Below, one piece after another: positions 35,050-36,404 of a stretch of DNA of 36,404 nucleotides. Below the pieces are notes generated by a model, which saw nothing but the letters and a program-made list of their open reading frames with translations, ran no database searches and was not told where the DNA came from. Every line of letters starts with the position of its first letter. Position 1 is the stretch's first letter. A program made the translations under genes and the position numbers. This stretch comes from a virus (lineage: Duplodnaviria > Heunggongvirae > Uroviricota > Caudoviricetes), in IMG/VR virus record IMGVR_UViG_2923344815_000003, positions 1 to 36,404 of that record, one strand, 5' to 3'.

Positions 35050-35397
35050 ATGAAAGTTAAAAAGGTTCAACTATTAGTTACTTTTTTATCTATGTTTTCT
35101 TTTTCCGCCGTCGCAATGCCTTTTAAAACCATTGAACGTGAGAGTTTCAATGGGGTGTGGCCATTTAATACTGATGAGGTTCAATTACAGTGTCTTGATG
35201 GTAATCCTTATGTAATGAATTTTGACGATAATAAGTTATATGCACTTACAGGTTTGGCTCGAATAAAAGGTAAAACATTTGGTGCGTTACCGTTAGATAA
35301 CAATAATCCATTTTGGCTAGATAATGATGCCGCCCCAGGGTTAAAAAAGAGTCTGGGGGATGTCACTAAGGCTGCATTTGATTTATGTGATAAGTAA
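35050..35397 (+). CDS. hypothetical secreted protein, possibly DUF2511/YebY-like (cargo gene)
   Basis: 115 aa; signal peptide MKVKKVQLLVTFLSMFSFSAVA; two Cys; AT-rich. Confidence 0.6.
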   Translation: MKVKKVQLLVTFLSMFSFSAVAMPFKTIERESFNGVWPFNTDEVQLQCLDGNPYVMNFDDNKLYALTGLARIKGKTFGALPLDNNNPFWLDNDAAPGLKKSLGDVTKAAFDLCDK

Positions 35398-35402
35398 CTA
35401 AA

Positions 35403-36404
35403 ATGTCGGTTCGTAAGATTCCATCAGGTAAATGGCTTTGCGAATGTTATCCCTACGGGGCATCGGGAAAACGCATTCGTAAACAGTTTGCGACAAAAAG
35501 TGAGGCGCTCTCTTATGAGCGCCGTTTAATGAATAGTAGAGTTGGAGACGAGTTTCAAGATGGTTCTGGTCCTCGTCTTTCTGAGTTGATTGCTCGTTGG
35601 TTTGAGATGTACGGTAAAACCTTGTCCTCTGGTGCAGAGCGCAAAGTCAAACTTGAGGCGATTTGTTCCAGGCTGGGAGATCCATTTGCTTCGCAGTTTG
35701 ACAAAAATATGTTTGCTACTTATCGGGAAAGAAGGCTATCAGGAGAATGGAATCCCAAGGGGAAGAAAAAACTTAGTGAAGCAACCGTTAATCGCGAGCA
35801 GTCATATCTACATGCTGTTTTTGCCGAACTGAAGCGCCTTGGGGAGTGGTCTGGTGAAAACCCCCTGACTGGTATTCGCAAGTTTCGTGAGGAAGAAAAG
35901 GAACTGGCGTTTCTGTATGTAGATGAGATTGAACGCCTTCTGATTGCGTGTGATGAGTCACGGAATAAAGATTTGGGGGTTGTTGTCCGTATTGGGCTTG
36001 CGACTGGTGCTCGGTGGAGTGAAGCAGAAGGATTAAAGCAATCTCAAGTACTGCCCGGTCGAATCACATTTGTTAAAACTAAAGGAAAGAAGAACCGCAC
36101 TGTACCGATTTCACCTCAATTGCAGGCTATGCTTCCTAAAAAACGAGGAGCGCTATTTTCACCATGTTATGAGGCTTTTGACGCTGCAATTAAGAGAGCG
36201 AAGATCGAGCTTCCTGATGGGCAATTAACTCATGTGCTACGTCACACGTTTGCCAGTCATTTTATGATGCGGGGCGGAAATATTCTTGTGTTGCAAAAAA
36301 TACTGGGGCATAGCGATATAAAAATGACTATGCGTTATGCGCATTTTGCTCCAGGTCATTTAGAGGCTGCTGTTGAATTGAACCCTTTTGACAATAGAGG
36401 GTAA
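35403..36404 (+). CDS. int: tyrosine-type phage integrase
   Basis: 333 aa; C-terminal catalytic region HVLRHTFASH...MRYAHF (R-H-R-Y box); stop codon is the last triplet of the window. Confidence 0.9.
   Translation: MSVRKIPSGKWLCECYPYGASGKRIRKQFATKSEALSYERRLMNSRVGDEFQDGSGPRLSELIARWFEMYGKTLSSGAERKVKLEAICSRLGDPFASQFDKNMFATYRERRLSGEWNPKGKKKLSEATVNREQSYLHAVFAELKRLGEWSGENPLTGIRKFREEEKELAFLYVDEIERLLIACDESRNKDLGVVVRIGLATGARWSEAEGLKQSQVLPGRITFVKTKGKKNRTVPISPQLQAMLPKKRGALFSPCYEAFDAAIKRAKIELPDGQLTHVLRHTFASHFMMRGGNILVLQKILGHSDIKMTMRYAHFAPGHLEAAVELNPFDNRG

Larger units (their letters stand above)
1795..36404. mobile_element. P2-family prophage (minimum extent ogr to int; both att junctions unresolved)
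   Basis: Complete set of P2-like structural, lysis, packaging, replication and lysogeny genes in P2 synteny apart from one inverted block. Confidence 0.85.

Overview
The window holds a three-tRNA operon (Gly-GCC, Cys-GCA, Leu-UAA; 152-454) followed by a nearly complete P2-family prophage that runs to the window end, where a tyrosine integrase stops at 36404. All protein identifications rest on reading the supplied translations against remembered family features (P2 gene products, Gin/Cin/Pin invertases, ParM/ParR, Hok); no database search was run. Order left to right: small secreted protein and Hok-like toxin, ogr and D (minus), tail sheath/tube/E/tape-measure/U (plus), Gin-family invertase with a Mu G-segment-like invertible tail-fibre cassette, baseplate, lysis and head genes (minus), terminase P and portal Q (plus), a cos-proximal accessory locus with a ParM/ParR-like pair, replication gene A and a chain of small early genes (minus), then repressor, two AT-rich cargo genes and integrase (plus). 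Most worth a second look: (1) the FI-to-U tail block is inverted relative to D/ogr and to the canonical P2 late operon; (2) the two cargo genes between repressor and integrase, the first sharing a motif with the repressor tail; (3) an actin-like partition module in an integrative prophage, bordered by a 39-bp direct repeat that also encodes the end of gene A; (4) the invertible tail-fibre switch with 70-bp perfect inverted repeats. I could not single out one locus as a clearly undescribed system; the repressor-integrase cargo pair and the cos-proximal locus are the best candidates.
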